Source: Flavobacteriales bacterium (GTDB taxonomy: Bacteria; Bacteroidota; Bacteroidia; Flavobacteriales; UBA7430). From it: 64,000 nt of DNA. Positions 28,701 to 39,894 of this stretch are shown in pieces. Within the stretch, counting starts at the first letter, position 1; every line of letters starts with the position of its first letter. The notes beneath the pieces were generated by a model. The model saw nothing but the letters and a program-made list of their open reading frames with translations. It did not search any database and was not told where the DNA came from. The DNA lies in the NCBI GenBank assembly GCA_965662265.1, contig CBFIGX010000003.1, positions 8,608-72,607 of the forward strand, read 5' to 3'. The translations under genes were made by a program, and so were the position numbers.

Positions 28701-31175
28701 TTAAAATTGTTGTCCAATGGAAAAATGTGTTTGCCAACCACTCTTTTCTAAAGAGCCTGGAAGTGGGTCGAAGCCGTGTCCAAAGTCAACACCTAGTAGA
28801 CCGAACATTGGCATAAATATTCGGATACCGACACCTAAAGAGCGTTTAACCTCAAATGGTCTAAAGGTACTAAAAGAATCCCAGGCATTTCCACCTTCAG
28901 CAAAAGCAGTGGCATAAATTGTTGAGCTTGGATTAAGAGATAGAGGATAACGCATTTCGAAATAGTATTTGGCGTACAAACTTCCTCCGCCAACTATATG
29001 TTGAGACACAGCCTGATTTGCGTAGCCTCTTAGACCTATAACTTCTCTTCCATCCATAACGTAGCCTGTTAGTCCATCACCTCCAATATAGAATCGTTCA
29101 AATGGTGGAATTCCTACTTCAGAGTTATAACTTCTTAGAAATCCGAATTCGCTATGGGTTTTAACCACTAGCTTACCAAGTGGATTAGCGTACCATGTTG
29201 CACTAAGTTTGAGTTTATAATATTCTAGCCACTCGTATTTTTCGTTAGCTGTCATTGTAGAATAGTCTTTACCATTTAATAACGAATACGGTGGAGTAAA
29301 GTGTCCGGTAAGGGTAAATTGAGATCCAGCCTTTGGAAATATTGGGTCAAAAATAGAGGATCGAGATAATACGGCTCTGTAACTGATATTTTTAGAAATC
29401 CCATCTTTAAACCCAGGTACTAATTGTCTATTAGTTAGGTTGTATTGCTGAAAACTAATTGACTGGCTAGTAGAAAAATAATCATCAGGCCATCTAAGTC
29501 TTTTTCCTAAGCCTACATTAACACCAGTAATATCTATTCTATTATCAATTTGATCTGTGCTAAAGTTTTGGATAGAGTGATACAGCGAGAAGCTTAAGGA
29601 ATTGGGTTTATTACCTCCTAACCACGGTTCAGTGAATGAGAATGAATAATTCTGGTAGTAAGATCCGTTAGAACTCGCTCGAAGCTGAATTCGTTGGCCA
29701 TCTCCAGAAGGGAGTGGCGACCATCCACCTTTTTTAAATATATTTTTTAGAGAGAAATTGTTAAATGTAATACCAAAAGTTCCAACAACTCTTCCTGCAC
29801 CCCATCCACCTTGCAGTTCTATTTGATCTGAAGGTTTTTCCTCTACAGAATATTCGATATCTACATTACCAGTTTGAGGATCAGGCTTAGGGTTAACGCC
29901 AAGCGTTTGCGGGTTAAAATAATTCAATCGATTAAGTTCTTCTTGAGAACGCATAATATTAGATCGTCTGAATAATTCTCCTGGTTTGGTTCTAATTTCT
30001 CGCATTATAACATGATCATTAGTTTTTGTGTTTCCAATAACGCTCACCTTATTTATTGTAGCTTGTTTCCCTTCGTAAATCCTGATTTCAAAATCAATAG
30101 AGTCTTCTTCTACAAGTACTTCTACAGGATTCAAGTTAAAGAATAAGTAACCGTCATCCATATATAAAGAGCTTATGTCTGTTCCAGACATACTCATTTG
30201 AAGTCGCTCATTCATCATTTTCTGATCATATTTATCACCAGAACTGATGCCTAGCAACTCACTTAAATACTTGGAGTCATATTTGGTGTTTCCTAACCAT
30301 TTAATATCTCTAAAATGGTATTGATTACCTTCTTCTATTCCAATATTAATACCAATGAGGTTTTCCGAAACATCGTAGGTCTCTTTTTTTGTGATGCGGG
30401 CATCTCGATAACCGTTCTCATTGTAAAGCTTGATTATTTGATCAAGATCATCTTCGAAGGCTTGATCTAAATATTTCGATATTTTAAAAATTCTGAAGAA
30501 TTTTTTTTCTTTGGTATCTTTTAGTTGACGTTTTATCTTTTTCTCAGAAAATTGGCTCAATCCGGATATGCTAATGTTGTCAATTTTAATTTTTTGACCT
30601 TTGTCAATAGCAACATCCAAAATAACACTCGTAGGCGACAAAGAGTCTTGCAATTGGGTAATTTCAACACGAGTATTTAAATAGCCTTTCTCCCTAAAAT
30701 AGTCATAGATAATATGTTTTGTATTGTTAATTAAATTTTTAGTGACAATCTTACCTCGTGAAAGCTCAATTTTAGATCTTAATTTATCTACTTCAGACTT
30801 ACTAGCTCCTTTAAATCCGAATTTTGATAGCCTAGGCAGTTCTTTTAAATGGAGTGATAAAAAAGCATTATTACCCAGAATTTTATCAAGCTTAATCGAG
30901 ACATCTGCAAATAGATTCTGTTCCCAAAGTTTTTTGATGGCTTTTGAGATGGGTTCACCAGGAATCATGATTTTATCACCAATACTTAATCCTGATAACG
31001 TAATGATAGCATTTTTATCAAAGTTTTCAATTCCTTCGACAGTAATACCTCCAATTTCGTATTCCACGGGTCTTTCATATGACACGTTTTCTAACTGATT
31101 TCCTATGTTTATCTGAGCACTAATTGTGCTCGATAACAATAGGAAGAGGCTGTATAATAGAGTATATTTTTTCAT
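28701..31175 (-). CDS. bamA: Outer membrane protein assembly factor BamA
   Basis: POTRA-like repeats, then a C-terminal Omp85 barrel ending HFSIGQQF. The ATG at 31175 (MKKYTLLYSLFLLLSSTISAQ) gives a signal peptide and removes the overlap with uppS. Confidence 0.9.
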   Translation of the reverse strand: MKKYTLLYSLFLLLSSTISAQINIGNQLENVSYERPVEYEIGGITVEGIENFDKNAIITLSGLSIGDKIMIPGEPISKAIKKLWEQNLFADVSIKLDKILGNNAFLSLHLKELPRLSKFGFKGASKSEVDKLRSKIELSRGKIVTKNLINNTKHIIYDYFREKGYLNTRVEITQLQDSLSPTSVILDVAIDKGQKIKIDNISISGLSQFSEKKIKRQLKDTKEKKFFRIFKISKYLDQAFEDDLDQIIKLYNENGYRDARITKKETYDVSENLIGINIGIEEGNQYHFRDIKWLGNTKYDSKYLSELLGISSGDKYDQKMMNERLQMSMSGTDISSLYMDDGYLFFNLNPVEVLVEEDSIDFEIRIYEGKQATINKVSVIGNTKTNDHVIMREIRTKPGELFRRSNIMRSQEELNRLNYFNPQTLGVNPKPDPQTGNVDIEYSVEEKPSDQIELQGGWGAGRVVGTFGITFNNFSLKNIFKKGGWSPLPSGDGQRIQLRASSNGSYYQNYSFSFTEPWLGGNKPNSLSFSLYHSIQNFSTDQIDNRIDITGVNVGLGKRLRWPDDYFSTSQSISFQQYNLTNRQLVPGFKDGISKNISYRAVLSRSSIFDPIFPKAGSQFTLTGHFTPPYSLLNGKDYSTMTANEKYEWLEYYKLKLSATWYANPLGKLVVKTHSEFGFLRSYNSEVGIPPFERFYIGGDGLTGYVMDGREVIGLRGYANQAVSQHIVGGGSLYAKYYFEMRYPLSLNPSSTIYATAFAEGGNAWDSFSTFRPFEVKRSLGVGIRIFMPMFGLLGVDFGHGFDPLPGSLEKSGWQTHFSIGQQF

Positions 31176-31176
31176 A

Positions 31177-31923
31177 TTAACTGTTGAGTTGATCACTAGT
31201 TTTCCCAAATCTTCGTTCTCTTTTTTGATATTCAATAACTGCTTGATAAAAGTCATTTTTTGTAAAGTCTGGCCAAAGCCTATCACAAAAATATAACTCA
31301 GAGTAGGCAATTTGCCACAATAAGAAATTACTTATTCTTTGCTCGCCACTGGTTCTTATTAATAAATCAGGATTAGAAAAATGACTCGTATATAGTTTTT
31401 TATCTAAGTCCTCTTCAGTGATATCTTCAATACGAAGTTGATTGGTCAAAACATCTGACGCGATTGATTTTATAGCGTTTATTATTTCTGTTTTAGAACT
31501 GTAACTGAGTGCTAAAACTAAGTTTAGGCCTGTATTATTTTTCGTTTGCGTTATTACGTCTCCAAGTTTTTTTTGACATCTATCAGGGAGTTGATTTGTT
31601 TCCCCTATAGTGTGTAACTTAATATTATTTGTTTTAAATGTTTCCAATTCTTTGCTTAATGCTGTGACTAATAATTCCATCAATGCATCTACTTCAGGTT
31701 TTGGTCTATTCCAATTGTCTGTAGAAAAGGCGTATAGTGTGAGAGTTTTGATGTTTAATTTAGAACATGCTTCAACAACTTCTCTAACTGCTCTTGTGCC
31801 ATTTTTATGACCTATAGCTCTTAGGTAGCCATTTTTTTTAGCCCACCGACCGTTTCCATCCATAATAACGGCAACATGTTGTGGTACATTGTTCAAAGAG
31901 ATATTTTTTATTAAATCACTCAT
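31177..31923 (-). CDS. uppS: Isoprenyl transferase (undecaprenyl-diphosphate synthase)
   Basis: HVAVIMDGNGRWA, FSTDNWNRP, IRTSGEQRISNFLLWQ and RRFG. Confidence 0.95.
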   Translation of the reverse strand: MSDLIKNISLNNVPQHVAVIMDGNGRWAKKNGYLRAIGHKNGTRAVREVVEACSKLNIKTLTLYAFSTDNWNRPKPEVDALMELLVTALSKELETFKTNNIKLHTIGETNQLPDRCQKKLGDVITQTKNNTGLNLVLALSYSSKTEIINAIKSIASDVLTNQLRIEDITEEDLDKKLYTSHFSNPDLLIRTSGEQRISNFLLWQIAYSELYFCDRLWPDFTKNDFYQAVIEYQKRERRFGKTSDQLNS

Positions 31924-32738
31924 TAAGGTAGTAATGCTTTAGGACACTTTTTAGGTCTATTTTTTATTTTATAACTAATAGTTATTCCTGTAAAGTTATA
32001 CCAATCATTGTTATTTGGATTGCCTCTTGTTTTACCAACAACAACATTTGTTTCTGATTTGTTTGCCATTTCAATAGCTTCTGGATTTAAATAGTCTTCG
32101 CTAACATAATAACCACTCACATCATCCAAGTAATCGGTGCTAGTAGCATGCCAAACCCATTCGACACCTACAGCAAGTTTAGTTCCTATATTTATTTTAT
32201 AGCCTAGACCAAAAGGAATGGTCATACTATTAAGTGAGTATTTGCTATTTGGATTTATCGCACTTCCTTGCCCTTCTGTTCCAAGTGGTTGAAGATCAAC
32301 CCACTCGCCAGCTATATTTTGAGCTTTAGGATTAAATGAAACAAATGATATCCCGGCAAATATATATGGACTTTTAATCGTCTTCCGTTTTCGAATAATA
32401 TATTTTGCAAAATTGAATTCAAAGCCTAGGCTAAGGTCTAAAATGTCTGATTTAAAACTTAAATTTCTATCTTGTCTGTAACTATAATTCGAGTTAATAT
32501 CATCTGCGTTAACAGTTCCCAATTTTACACTGGCTCTAAGACTCAAATAGTCATGAACATTACGTTTATAGACAAATCCAACTGCCTTATTTTGGTATGC
32601 AACAACACTTTCAGCTCTATCATGGCCAATATCACCATAGTAGCCTGAGCTTCCCACAAATAACCCAAACTCGTTTACTTGAGCTGAAGATTGCCCAATT
32701 ACAATAAATAACAAACAAAAAAGACTATTTCTTATCAT
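31923..32738 (-). CDS. Outer-membrane beta-barrel protein (DUF6089-like)
   Basis: Signal peptide with alternating aromatic/Gly beta-strand composition. Its position between nadK and uppS matches my recollection of flavobacterial synteny. Confidence 0.55.
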   Translation of the reverse strand: MIRNSLFCLLFIVIGQSSAQVNEFGLFVGSSGYYGDIGHDRAESVVAYQNKAVGFVYKRNVHDYLSLRASVKLGTVNADDINSNYSYRQDRNLSFKSDILDLSLGFEFNFAKYIIRKRKTIKSPYIFAGISFVSFNPKAQNIAGEWVDLQPLGTEGQGSAINPNSKYSLNSMTIPFGLGYKINIGTKLAVGVEWVWHATSTDYLDDVSGYYVSEDYLNPEAIEMANKSETNVVVGKTRGNPNNNDWYNFTGITISYKIKNRPKKCPKALLP

Positions 32739-32794
32739 GGTTTTCTTACGCTAAAGCGGCTGCAAATATAGTGATTTACTTGTCTTTATAACAT

Positions 32795-33676
32795 CTAATT
32801 ACGTTTGTCTAAACCCCAAAGCAATTTGTTTCTTAATGTGCTACAAAAATCTTGCGTTTCTGTTTCTATCATATTTACCTTGAATGGGCCTTTCTTAATG
32901 GTCAATTCAATACCTGCATCAATTGTTTGAATTCTTGAATCCAGTGCGACAAGAAATTGTGAAGCTCTACCTTCAACTACTACTTTTATTACATATTTAT
33001 CACTAATAACTAGAGGTCGAACATTTAAATTGTGCGGAGCAATGGGTGTTATAATAAAATTATCGGAACCAGGCATTACAATAGGTCCACCACAACTTAG
33101 AGAGTAGCCTGTTGAGCCAGTAGGAGTAGAAATAATAAGGCCATCTGCCCAATAGGAGTTAAGAAATTGATCATTGATATATGTTGTGATTGTAATCATC
33201 GATGTGGTGTCTTTTCTCGAAATTGTCACCTCATTAAGTGCAAAATTAAGTTCTCCAAAAATTGGCTCTTCAGTCTCAAGACACAGCAGTTTACGCTCAT
33301 CAATTGTAAACTTTTTATTTACAAGTTGTTTAATAGTTTTAGGGATTTGATCTTTGGCTATATCAGCTAAGAAGCCCAATCTTCCGGTATTAACTCCAAT
33401 AATAGGAATGCCAGTATCTCTAATTAGTGTTGTTGCATCTAGAATTGTTCCATCACCACCTACACTTATAAATAAGTCTATGTTTTCTTTTAATTCTTCA
33501 TAAGTATTATAGGTGCCTAGGAAAAGATTGAGATTAATTTGTTTAGAAAGGAAATCATAGAATGGCTCATAAACTAAGACTTCCATATTTTCTTTTTCAA
33601 GTTTTTTAAAGAGTTCATGAACAAATGGGGCCACCTCTTGCTGAAATTGTTTTCCGTAAACAGCTACTCTCATCAA
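32795..33676 (-). CDS. nadK: NAD kinase
   Basis: GGDGT motif (ISVGGDGTILD), GVNTGRLGFL and PTGSTGYSLS. Confidence 0.9.
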   Translation of the reverse strand: MMRVAVYGKQFQQEVAPFVHELFKKLEKENMEVLVYEPFYDFLSKQINLNLFLGTYNTYEELKENIDLFISVGGDGTILDATTLIRDTGIPIIGVNTGRLGFLADIAKDQIPKTIKQLVNKKFTIDERKLLCLETEEPIFGELNFALNEVTISRKDTTSMITITTYINDQFLNSYWADGLIISTPTGSTGYSLSCGGPIVMPGSDNFIITPIAPHNLNVRPLVISDKYVIKVVVEGRASQFLVALDSRIQTIDAGIELTIKKGPFKVNMIETETQDFCSTLRNKLLWGLDKRN

Positions 33677-34339
33677 TTAGATGTTTAAGTAATGAATAAA
33701 AGAGTCAAATCGATCATTTAACCCTTTATTATTTATAGTAGTTTGATATGAGGTAATGACATTATATTTATATCGCCTAAATGTTTCAATTATAGCCGAT
33801 AACTCATCGTGATTTATATTTAGTACAACTTCCATACGTGATGAATGATTTTCTTTAGCCATACAGATAGAACTCATAATTTTAGCTCCATTACTCTCAA
33901 CTATCTGAGCTATTTCTGATAAACTATAGTCATTAACGCCTATTTCAAGATGAATTAAACCTTTGAGATGTGAGGTGTTTAGCCAACGACATATTTGATT
34001 AATTATTGAACGAAGTTTAATATACCCAATATATTTGTTGTCACTATTTACAACTGGTAAATAAGATAATTGTGAATCTTTAAAGAATGAAAGCGCTTCA
34101 AAAAGGTGTTGATCTGTATCTATTTTGTTATCTATTAACTTGTCAATAATCGAGCTTATTGGATTTGATGTGTTGAGGTCCGAAATGTCTTCCTTACTTA
34201 ACAACCCCAAAAAAACACCCTCATTTAAAATTGGGATATAGTCCTCATTTAACTCTTCAAACACATGTATTGCGTCAGAAATACGATCAGATACTTCTAC
34301 ACCTATTTTCTTCTCTTGTATTAAATCAACTGTTATCAT
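33677..34339 (-). CDS. CBS domain-containing protein
   Basis: Two CBS-like segments (PILNEGVFLGLLSKEDI and PVVNSDNKYIGYIKLRSI). It abuts nadK with no gap. Confidence 0.65.
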   Translation of the reverse strand: MITVDLIQEKKIGVEVSDRISDAIHVFEELNEDYIPILNEGVFLGLLSKEDISDLNTSNPISSIIDKLIDNKIDTDQHLFEALSFFKDSQLSYLPVVNSDNKYIGYIKLRSIINQICRWLNTSHLKGLIHLEIGVNDYSLSEIAQIVESNGAKIMSSICMAKENHSSRMEVVLNINHDELSAIIETFRRYKYNVITSYQTTINNKGLNDRFDSFIHYLNI

Positions 34340-34371
34340 ACCAGATCACTTCTTACAAACTTAGTATTTTT

Positions 34372-34379
34372 TACCTTTG
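34372..34379 (+). promoter_or_regulatory. -7 promoter box TACCTTTG upstream of pdxJ
   Basis: TAnnTTTG match 25-34 nt upstream of the candidate pdxJ starts. Confidence 0.4.
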
Positions 34380-34412
34380 CTACTAGCTAATTACTACTAA
34401 TAAATGTTAAAA

Positions 34413-35129
34413 ATGACTCGACTAAGCGTAAATATCAACAAGGTCGCTACACTTCGTAACGCCAGAGGTCACAACACGCCTAACGTATTGGAGGTAGCAC
34501 AAGATATTGAACGCTTTGGTGCACAAGGAATAACTGTGCACCCAAGGCCAGATCAACGCCACATAAGATATAACGACGTTATTGAGTTATCATCTTTACT
34601 CAATACGGAATTTAACATAGAAGGCTATCCGAATAAAAAGTTTATTGATCTGGTTTTAAGAACAAAACCAGCACAAGTTACGCTAGTGCCAGATGCTCCA
34701 GATGTTTTAACCTCAAACGCAGGTTGGGATACTGTAAAACATGAGTCTATGTTAAAAGAAGTACTTGATGAATTTAAAGTCAACCAAATAAGAACTTCAA
34801 TTTTTGTTGATACAAATTTGGACTTTATTGAAGGTGCAAAAAAAGTTGGAGCATGTCGAATAGAACTATATACAGAACCTTATGCAAATTTATATCCCAA
34901 TAGTAAAGAGCAAGCGATTAAACCTTTTGTCGAAGCTTCGTTATTGGCGGATAAACTAGGTTTAGGAATTAATGCTGGTCATGATTTAAGCTTAGCCAAT
35001 TTGAAATATTTTGTCAATCGTATTCCTAGTGTTAAGGAAGTTTCTATTGGCCACGCATTAATCTCAGATTCTCTTTATTTTGGCCTGCAAAATACAGTAC
35101 AAATGTACCTTGCTCAACTCAATGAATAA
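34413..35129 (+). CDS. pdxJ: Pyridoxine 5'-phosphate synthase
   Basis: [35 protein letters not shown] and NAGHDL. The start could instead be 34404. Confidence 0.9.
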   Translation: MTRLSVNINKVATLRNARGHNTPNVLEVAQDIERFGAQGITVHPRPDQRHIRYNDVIELSSLLNTEFNIEGYPNKKFIDLVLRTKPAQVTLVPDAPDVLTSNAGWDTVKHESMLKEVLDEFKVNQIRTSIFVDTNLDFIEGAKKVGACRIELYTEPYANLYPNSKEQAIKPFVEASLLADKLGLGINAGHDLSLANLKYFVNRIPSVKEVSIGHALISDSLYFGLQNTVQMYLAQLNE

Positions 35130-35898
35130 ACTATTAAACTCAAAAGTTATTGGCCAGGGTGAACCTTTAGTTATTCTTCATGGTCTTTTTGGTATGTTAG
35201 ACAATTGGCAAGGTTTGGCAAAACAATTTGGCGTTTTTTTTGAAACACATATTTTAGACCAAAGAAATCACGGTAAATCCTTTCACGACAAACATCATAA
35301 TTACGATGCTATGTGTGAGGATTTGAGATTTTATCTGGACGAAAATCTGATAAAAAAAATAGTTTTAATTGGACACTCTATGGGAGGTAAGACAGCGATG
35401 TTATTTGCAGTAAAATACCCAGAGCGCGTCAAAAAACTTGTTGTAGTAGATATTGCACCTAAGTATTACGAACCTCATCATCAAGAAATTTTAATTGGAT
35501 TAAAAGAAGTTTGTGATTCACAAATTACTTCTCGCAAACAAGCAGATCTCATCTTGTCTAATCATTTTTCAGATATAAATGTCCGACAATTCTTACTGAA
35601 AAATCTTTATTGGAAGTCTAAAAGTGAATTAGATTTTAGATTCAACTTAGATGTTTTAAGTCGTGAAATATTAAATGTTGGCGCTCCTTTATCAAATGGA
35701 TTAAAATTTATAAAACCCGCCCTGTTTTTAGATGGTGAAAAGTCTAATTACATCCTAGAGGAAGACCATGAACTAATCGAAACACATTTCCCGAATTCCC
35801 AGATTATCACGGTTAAAAATGTAGGGCACTGGGTACATGCAGAAGATCCAAAAACATTTTTTGAAATGGTTTATAGATTTTTGATTTATGCCTCTTAA
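35122..35898 (+). CDS. Alpha/beta-fold hydrolase
   Basis: HGLFG oxyanion region, nucleophile elbow GHSMGG, and C-terminal GHWVHAE. The ATG at 35122 overlaps the pdxJ stop by 8 nt. Confidence 0.8.
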   Translation: MNKLLNSKVIGQGEPLVILHGLFGMLDNWQGLAKQFGVFFETHILDQRNHGKSFHDKHHNYDAMCEDLRFYLDENLIKKIVLIGHSMGGKTAMLFAVKYPERVKKLVVVDIAPKYYEPHHQEILIGLKEVCDSQITSRKQADLILSNHFSDINVRQFLLKNLYWKSKSELDFRFNLDVLSREILNVGAPLSNGLKFIKPALFLDGEKSNYILEEDHELIETHFPNSQIITVKNVGHWVHAEDPKTFFEMVYRFLIYAS

Positions 35899-35948
35899 TA
35901 CCCTAAGCACATAAAATTATATATTTACCGAACAAATTAAAAAAACTG

Positions 35949-37196
35949 ATGGAACATACGCCACTATTTACAAATGATGCCTCTGTATTAGGTATACTTC
36001 TAATTGTGTTAGCATTTATTTTTTATACATCAACATCTAATAATCCTGCATGGAAGAAGTTTTACACATATGTTCCGGCGTTATTATTATGTTATTTTTT
36101 GCCGTCTATTTTGAATTCAATGGGTGTTATATCCGGAGAAACATCTAACTTGTATTTCGTAGCTTCTCGTTATTTGTTACCGGCATCTTTAGTATTACTT
36201 ACTTTAAGTATAGATATAAAAGGGGTTATACAATTGGGTCCAAAAGCAGGAATTATGTTTTTAGCTGGAACTGTAGGGATTGTTATTGGAGGTCCTTTGA
36301 CTATCTTGTTGCTTTCACATTTCGCTCCCGATCTTGTAGGAGGAGTTGGCCCTGATGCTGTTTGGAGAGGATTGGCTACTATAGCTGGTTCGTGGATTGG
36401 TGGTGGAGCCAATCAAACGGCAATGAAAGAAATGTTTGGCTCGAGTGATCAACTCTTTAGTGCTATGATAACGGTTGATGTAATCGTTGCAAATATATGG
36501 ATGGCCTTTTTGCTATATGGAGCAGGGGTTTCATCAAAATTAGACACTTGGTTTAAAGCAGACGCATCATCAATAGAACAGTTAAAAACTAGCTTATCAA
36601 AATATCAATCTAAAGTTGCAAGGATTCCAAGCCTAACTGACTTGATTGTTATTGTTGCTATAGGTGTTGGATTAACAGGTATAGCTCATATAGGGGCAGA
36701 TATAATTGCACCATGGGTTGGTGAGCATGCCCCATATCTTCAAAAGTTTAGTTTGACTTCAAAGTTCTTTTGGTTAATTGTTATAGCAACTACCGGAGGA
36801 TTAATATTGTCCTTTACTAAATTAAAGAAATATGAAGGTGCTGGCGCATCGAAAATAGGATCTCTTTTCTTGTATATTCTTGTTGCAACTATTGGAATGA
36901 AAATGGATGCTCTTGCTATAATAGATAATCCTGGACTGTTTTTAATTGGGATAATATGGATGTTGATTCATGTTACAATATTGCTTGTGGTTGGTAAAAT
37001 AATTAAGGCTCCATTCTTTTTTGTGGCTGTTGGATCTCAAGCAAATGTTGGCGGCGCCGCTTCAGCACCTATTGTTGCATCGGCATTTCATCCAGCATTA
37101 GCCCCTGTAGGTGTTCTATTGGCTGTGTTTGGATATGCATTAGGAACATATGCCGCATGGTTTTGCGCTATACTAATGCAATATGCGGCAGGTTAG
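35949..37196 (+). CDS. Polytopic membrane protein (DUF819-like)
   Basis: About 10-12 hydrophobic segments. The family assignment is from memory only. Confidence 0.55.
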   Translation: MEHTPLFTNDASVLGILLIVLAFIFYTSTSNNPAWKKFYTYVPALLLCYFLPSILNSMGVISGETSNLYFVASRYLLPASLVLLTLSIDIKGVIQLGPKAGIMFLAGTVGIVIGGPLTILLLSHFAPDLVGGVGPDAVWRGLATIAGSWIGGGANQTAMKEMFGSSDQLFSAMITVDVIVANIWMAFLLYGAGVSSKLDTWFKADASSIEQLKTSLSKYQSKVARIPSLTDLIVIVAIGVGLTGIAHIGADIIAPWVGEHAPYLQKFSLTSKFFWLIVIATTGGLILSFTKLKKYEGAGASKIGSLFLYILVATIGMKMDALAIIDNPGLFLIGIIWMLIHVTILLVVGKIIKAPFFFVAVGSQANVGGAASAPIVASAFHPALAPVGVLLAVFGYALGTYAAWFCAILMQYAAG

Positions 37197-37232
37197 TTGC
37201 CACTATGGTTATTATGATAAAATAGTTATTAC

Positions 37233-38201
37233 CTAATAACCAACCTTCTCTCTAACTCTTTTGAGAACAGATTTCGCAATTTTTCGGGCTTTGGCTGCTC
37301 CCTTTTGAAGTTCCACCTCTATGAGCTGATGGTTGTTCATTAAACTATTAAACAGCTCTCTTTCACGGGCATATCTTTCAATAATAAGTTCAAACAGGGC
37401 TTGTTTAGCATTACCATAACCATAGTTGCCTCTTTTGTAATTATCTTCCATGGTGTTAACCTGCGATTCACTAGCTAAAAGTTTATAAAGATTAAATACA
37501 TTGCAATTTTCGGTTTCTTTTGGGTCTTCTAGAGGTGTAGAACTCGTATTTATCCCCATGATTTGCTTTCGTAATTTTTTATTTGGTAGAAAGATGTTGA
37601 TAAAATTATTGTAAGATTTACTCATTTTTTGTCCATCAGTACCAGGGATAATCATAACTCTTTCATCAATTTTAGAATCTGGTTCAACCAGCGTTTGACC
37701 ATAAGTGTGATTAAATGTTTTTGCTATGTCGCGGGTCATTTCCAAATGTTGTTTTTGGTCTTTTCCTACAGGAACGATGTTAGCATCGTATAAAAGAATA
37801 TCTGCAGCCATTAATACCGGGTAAGTGAATAACCCTGCATTTACGTTGTGAAGCTTGCTAGCTTTATCTTTAAAAGAATGTGCATTAGCAAGCATAGGGT
37901 ATGGCGTCAAACAATTTAGGTACCACATAAGCTCACATACTTCTGGAATATCCGATTGACGGTAAAAAATATTTTCTTCAGTGTTGAACCCAAAGGCAAG
38001 CCATGCAGCAGCAGTAGCATAAGTGTTTTCTTTGAGTAATTGAGCATCTCTAATTGATGTTAAAGAATGCATATCTGCTATAAAAAATAAAGACTCATTA
38101 TTAGGGTCCTTAGAAAGTTCGATTGCGGGGATAATTGCACCGAGCAAATTACCAAGATGAGGCACCCCACTACTCTGTATTCCAGTAAGTACTCTTGCCA
38201 T
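37233..38201 (-). CDS. trpS: Tryptophan--tRNA ligase
   Basis: GIQSSGVPHLGN (HIGH-type), GKDQKQHLE and KMSKS. Confidence 0.95.
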   Translation of the reverse strand: MARVLTGIQSSGVPHLGNLLGAIIPAIELSKDPNNESLFFIADMHSLTSIRDAQLLKENTYATAAAWLAFGFNTEENIFYRQSDIPEVCELMWYLNCLTPYPMLANAHSFKDKASKLHNVNAGLFTYPVLMAADILLYDANIVPVGKDQKQHLEMTRDIAKTFNHTYGQTLVEPDSKIDERVMIIPGTDGQKMSKSYNNFINIFLPNKKLRKQIMGINTSSTPLEDPKETENCNVFNLYKLLASESQVNTMEDNYKRGNYGYGNAKQALFELIIERYARERELFNSLMNNHQLIEVELQKGAAKARKIAKSVLKRVREKVGY

Positions 38202-38208
38202 ATATTTG
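38201..38208 (+). promoter_or_regulatory. -7 promoter box TATATTTG for the plsC-like gene
   Basis: TAnnTTTG match on the + strand, overlapping the trpS start codon and 80 nt upstream of 38288. Confidence 0.35.
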
Positions 38209-38287
38209 GTGTTAGAAATATTTGTAAAAATAGAAAAGCCTTTGAGATTCTAACAACAACTTTAGCTTAAAAGTTTATTTTTGCTGA

Positions 38288-39028
38288 GTGAATATTTTAA
38301 TAGTAACATTACAAATCATTTGGAGAATTTGGTTTGCTCTTATGATATTAATAGGACTTACTCTATTCTTTCCCTTTTTGTGGGCTTCTTTGTTACACAA
38401 AAAGTGGTATAATACTTTCCATTATATCTGTATACTTTGGGCCAGATTCATTTTATTTTCTTCAGGGTTCAGACTAAAAGTAGAGTTTGAAGAAAAGCTA
38501 GATCCCTCAAAAGCTTACATTATCTGTCCCAATCATGTATCTTATATTGACATTCCTGTAGTTTATGCTGTAATTCCGTCTGTATTCGTGTTTGTAGGCA
38601 AGAAGTCACTGGCAAAACTACCTGTATTTGGTTGGATTTATAAAAGAACGATGATTTTAGTCGATAGATCGAGTAAAAAAAGTTCATATAATGCCTTTAA
38701 AAAAGCTTCCGAAAGAGTTAATGAAGGCGTGGGAATCACCATTTACCCTGAAGGTGGAATACCGGATAATTCCGTTAAATTACAAAAGTTTAAAAATGGT
38801 GCGTTTAGAATGGCTATAGAGCAAAATGTAGATATGGTTCCAGTAAGTTTTATTGATAATAAAAAGCGTTTTCCCTGCGGTATGCTGGCAGGTAGTCCTG
38901 GTTTGTTAAGAGTATATGTACATAAACCGATTATCGCTGGAACCTACAATATTCAAACAATCAATGAGTTTAAAAGTCATGTTTTTAATGCCTTAGAGCA
39001 AAAAATTAACGAGTATGAAAGTAGATGA
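38288..39028 (+). CDS. 1-acyl-sn-glycerol-3-phosphate acyltransferase family protein
   Basis: H(x)4D motif NHVSYID and the PEGG motif (IYPEGGIP). The start is uncertain: GTG at 38288, with an alternative ATG at 38342. Confidence 0.8.
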   Translation: MNILIVTLQIIWRIWFALMILIGLTLFFPFLWASLLHKKWYNTFHYICILWARFILFSSGFRLKVEFEEKLDPSKAYIICPNHVSYIDIPVVYAVIPSVFVFVGKKSLAKLPVFGWIYKRTMILVDRSSKKSSYNAFKKASERVNEGVGITIYPEGGIPDNSVKLQKFKNGAFRMAIEQNVDMVPVSFIDNKKRFPCGMLAGSPGLLRVYVHKPIIAGTYNIQTINEFKSHVFNALEQKINEYESR

Positions 39029-39305
39029 TCATTTGGTAGAGCATTTAGCCCATCTTTCAAGATTGGAGTTTGACGCCTCTGCTAAGAAAAAAATGAAAGC
39101 TGATTTTAGTAAGATGCTAGAGTTTGTTGGGCAGTTAGAAACTGTTGATACAAAAAAAATAGAACCTTTAGTATATATGAGTGATGAGATAAATGTATTG
39201 CGTTCTGATATTGTTGAAGGAGAAGTTTCACAAGAAATAGCACTCAAAAACGCACCTAAAAAAGACACAGATTATATTCGTGTTCCTAAGGTTCTTAAAT
39301 CTTAA
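39015..39305 (+). CDS. gatC: Asp-tRNA(Asn)/Glu-tRNA(Gln) amidotransferase subunit C
   Basis: 96 aa with VEHLAHLSRLEF...LEFVGQLETVDT, typical of GatC. It overlaps the upstream gene by 14 nt. Confidence 0.85.
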   Translation: MKVDDHLVEHLAHLSRLEFDASAKKKMKADFSKMLEFVGQLETVDTKKIEPLVYMSDEINVLRSDIVEGEVSQEIALKNAPKKDTDYIRVPKVLKS

Positions 39306-39450
39306 AAAAAGACATACAACTATCTAAATTACTGATTTGTACTTGTTACTATAATTAATTTGATTAGGTTCAGATAAAATATTAAGGAGAACTAATTTTC
39401 ATTATTTGGTCTATATAATAAAGTGAAAGCACCTAATTTATTGGCAGCTT

Positions 39451-39894
39451 TTATTTTCTTTTTTGTGCGAAAAATAACTGCATTAACGATTTACAATCCT
39501 CCTCAAGTACTCCTGCTTTTATAACTGTCTTTGGGTGAGTAATTTTCTTACCAAGCAAACTAGCACCTCTTTTTTCGTCTTTGGCCCCATAAACGATTCG
39601 ATCAATTTGTGTCCAATAACTTGCTCCGGAACACATAATGCAAGGCTCCAGCGTAACATATAAATGACATTTTTTTAGGTATTTACCTCCGAGATACTCG
39701 GCAGCAGAAGTAAATGCTTGCATTTCAGCATGTGCTGTTACATCATTAAGTATTTCAGTTAGGTTGTGGGCTCTCGCAATAATATTTCCTTCGGAGACAA
39801 TTACAGCACCCACAGGAACTTCGTCTTTATCAAATGCTTTCAAAGCCTCACTTAGGGCCTCACGCATAAAATATTCATCTGTTTTTTTTTCCAT
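39451..39894 (-). CDS. tadA: tRNA adenosine(34) deaminase
   Basis: CDA-fold zinc motifs HAEMQA and PCIMCSGA, with the VGAVIV opening. Confidence 0.85.
   Translation of the reverse strand: MEKKTDEYFMREALSEALKAFDKDEVPVGAVIVSEGNIIARAHNLTEILNDVTAHAEMQAFTSAAEYLGGKYLKKCHLYVTLEPCIMCSGASYWTQIDRIVYGAKDEKRGASLLGKKITHPKTVIKAGVLEEDCKSLMQLFFAQKRK

Noticed and set aside
31176-31310. The longer bamA version starting at 31310. Similar extended starts occur at 2291, 4566, 5465, 12581, 15513, 21428, 25869, 35080, 39966 and 57705.
   Set aside because: The extensions overlap the neighbouring gene or a predicted promoter, use TTG/GTG, or bury a clear signal peptide. The internal ATGs give canonical N-termini.
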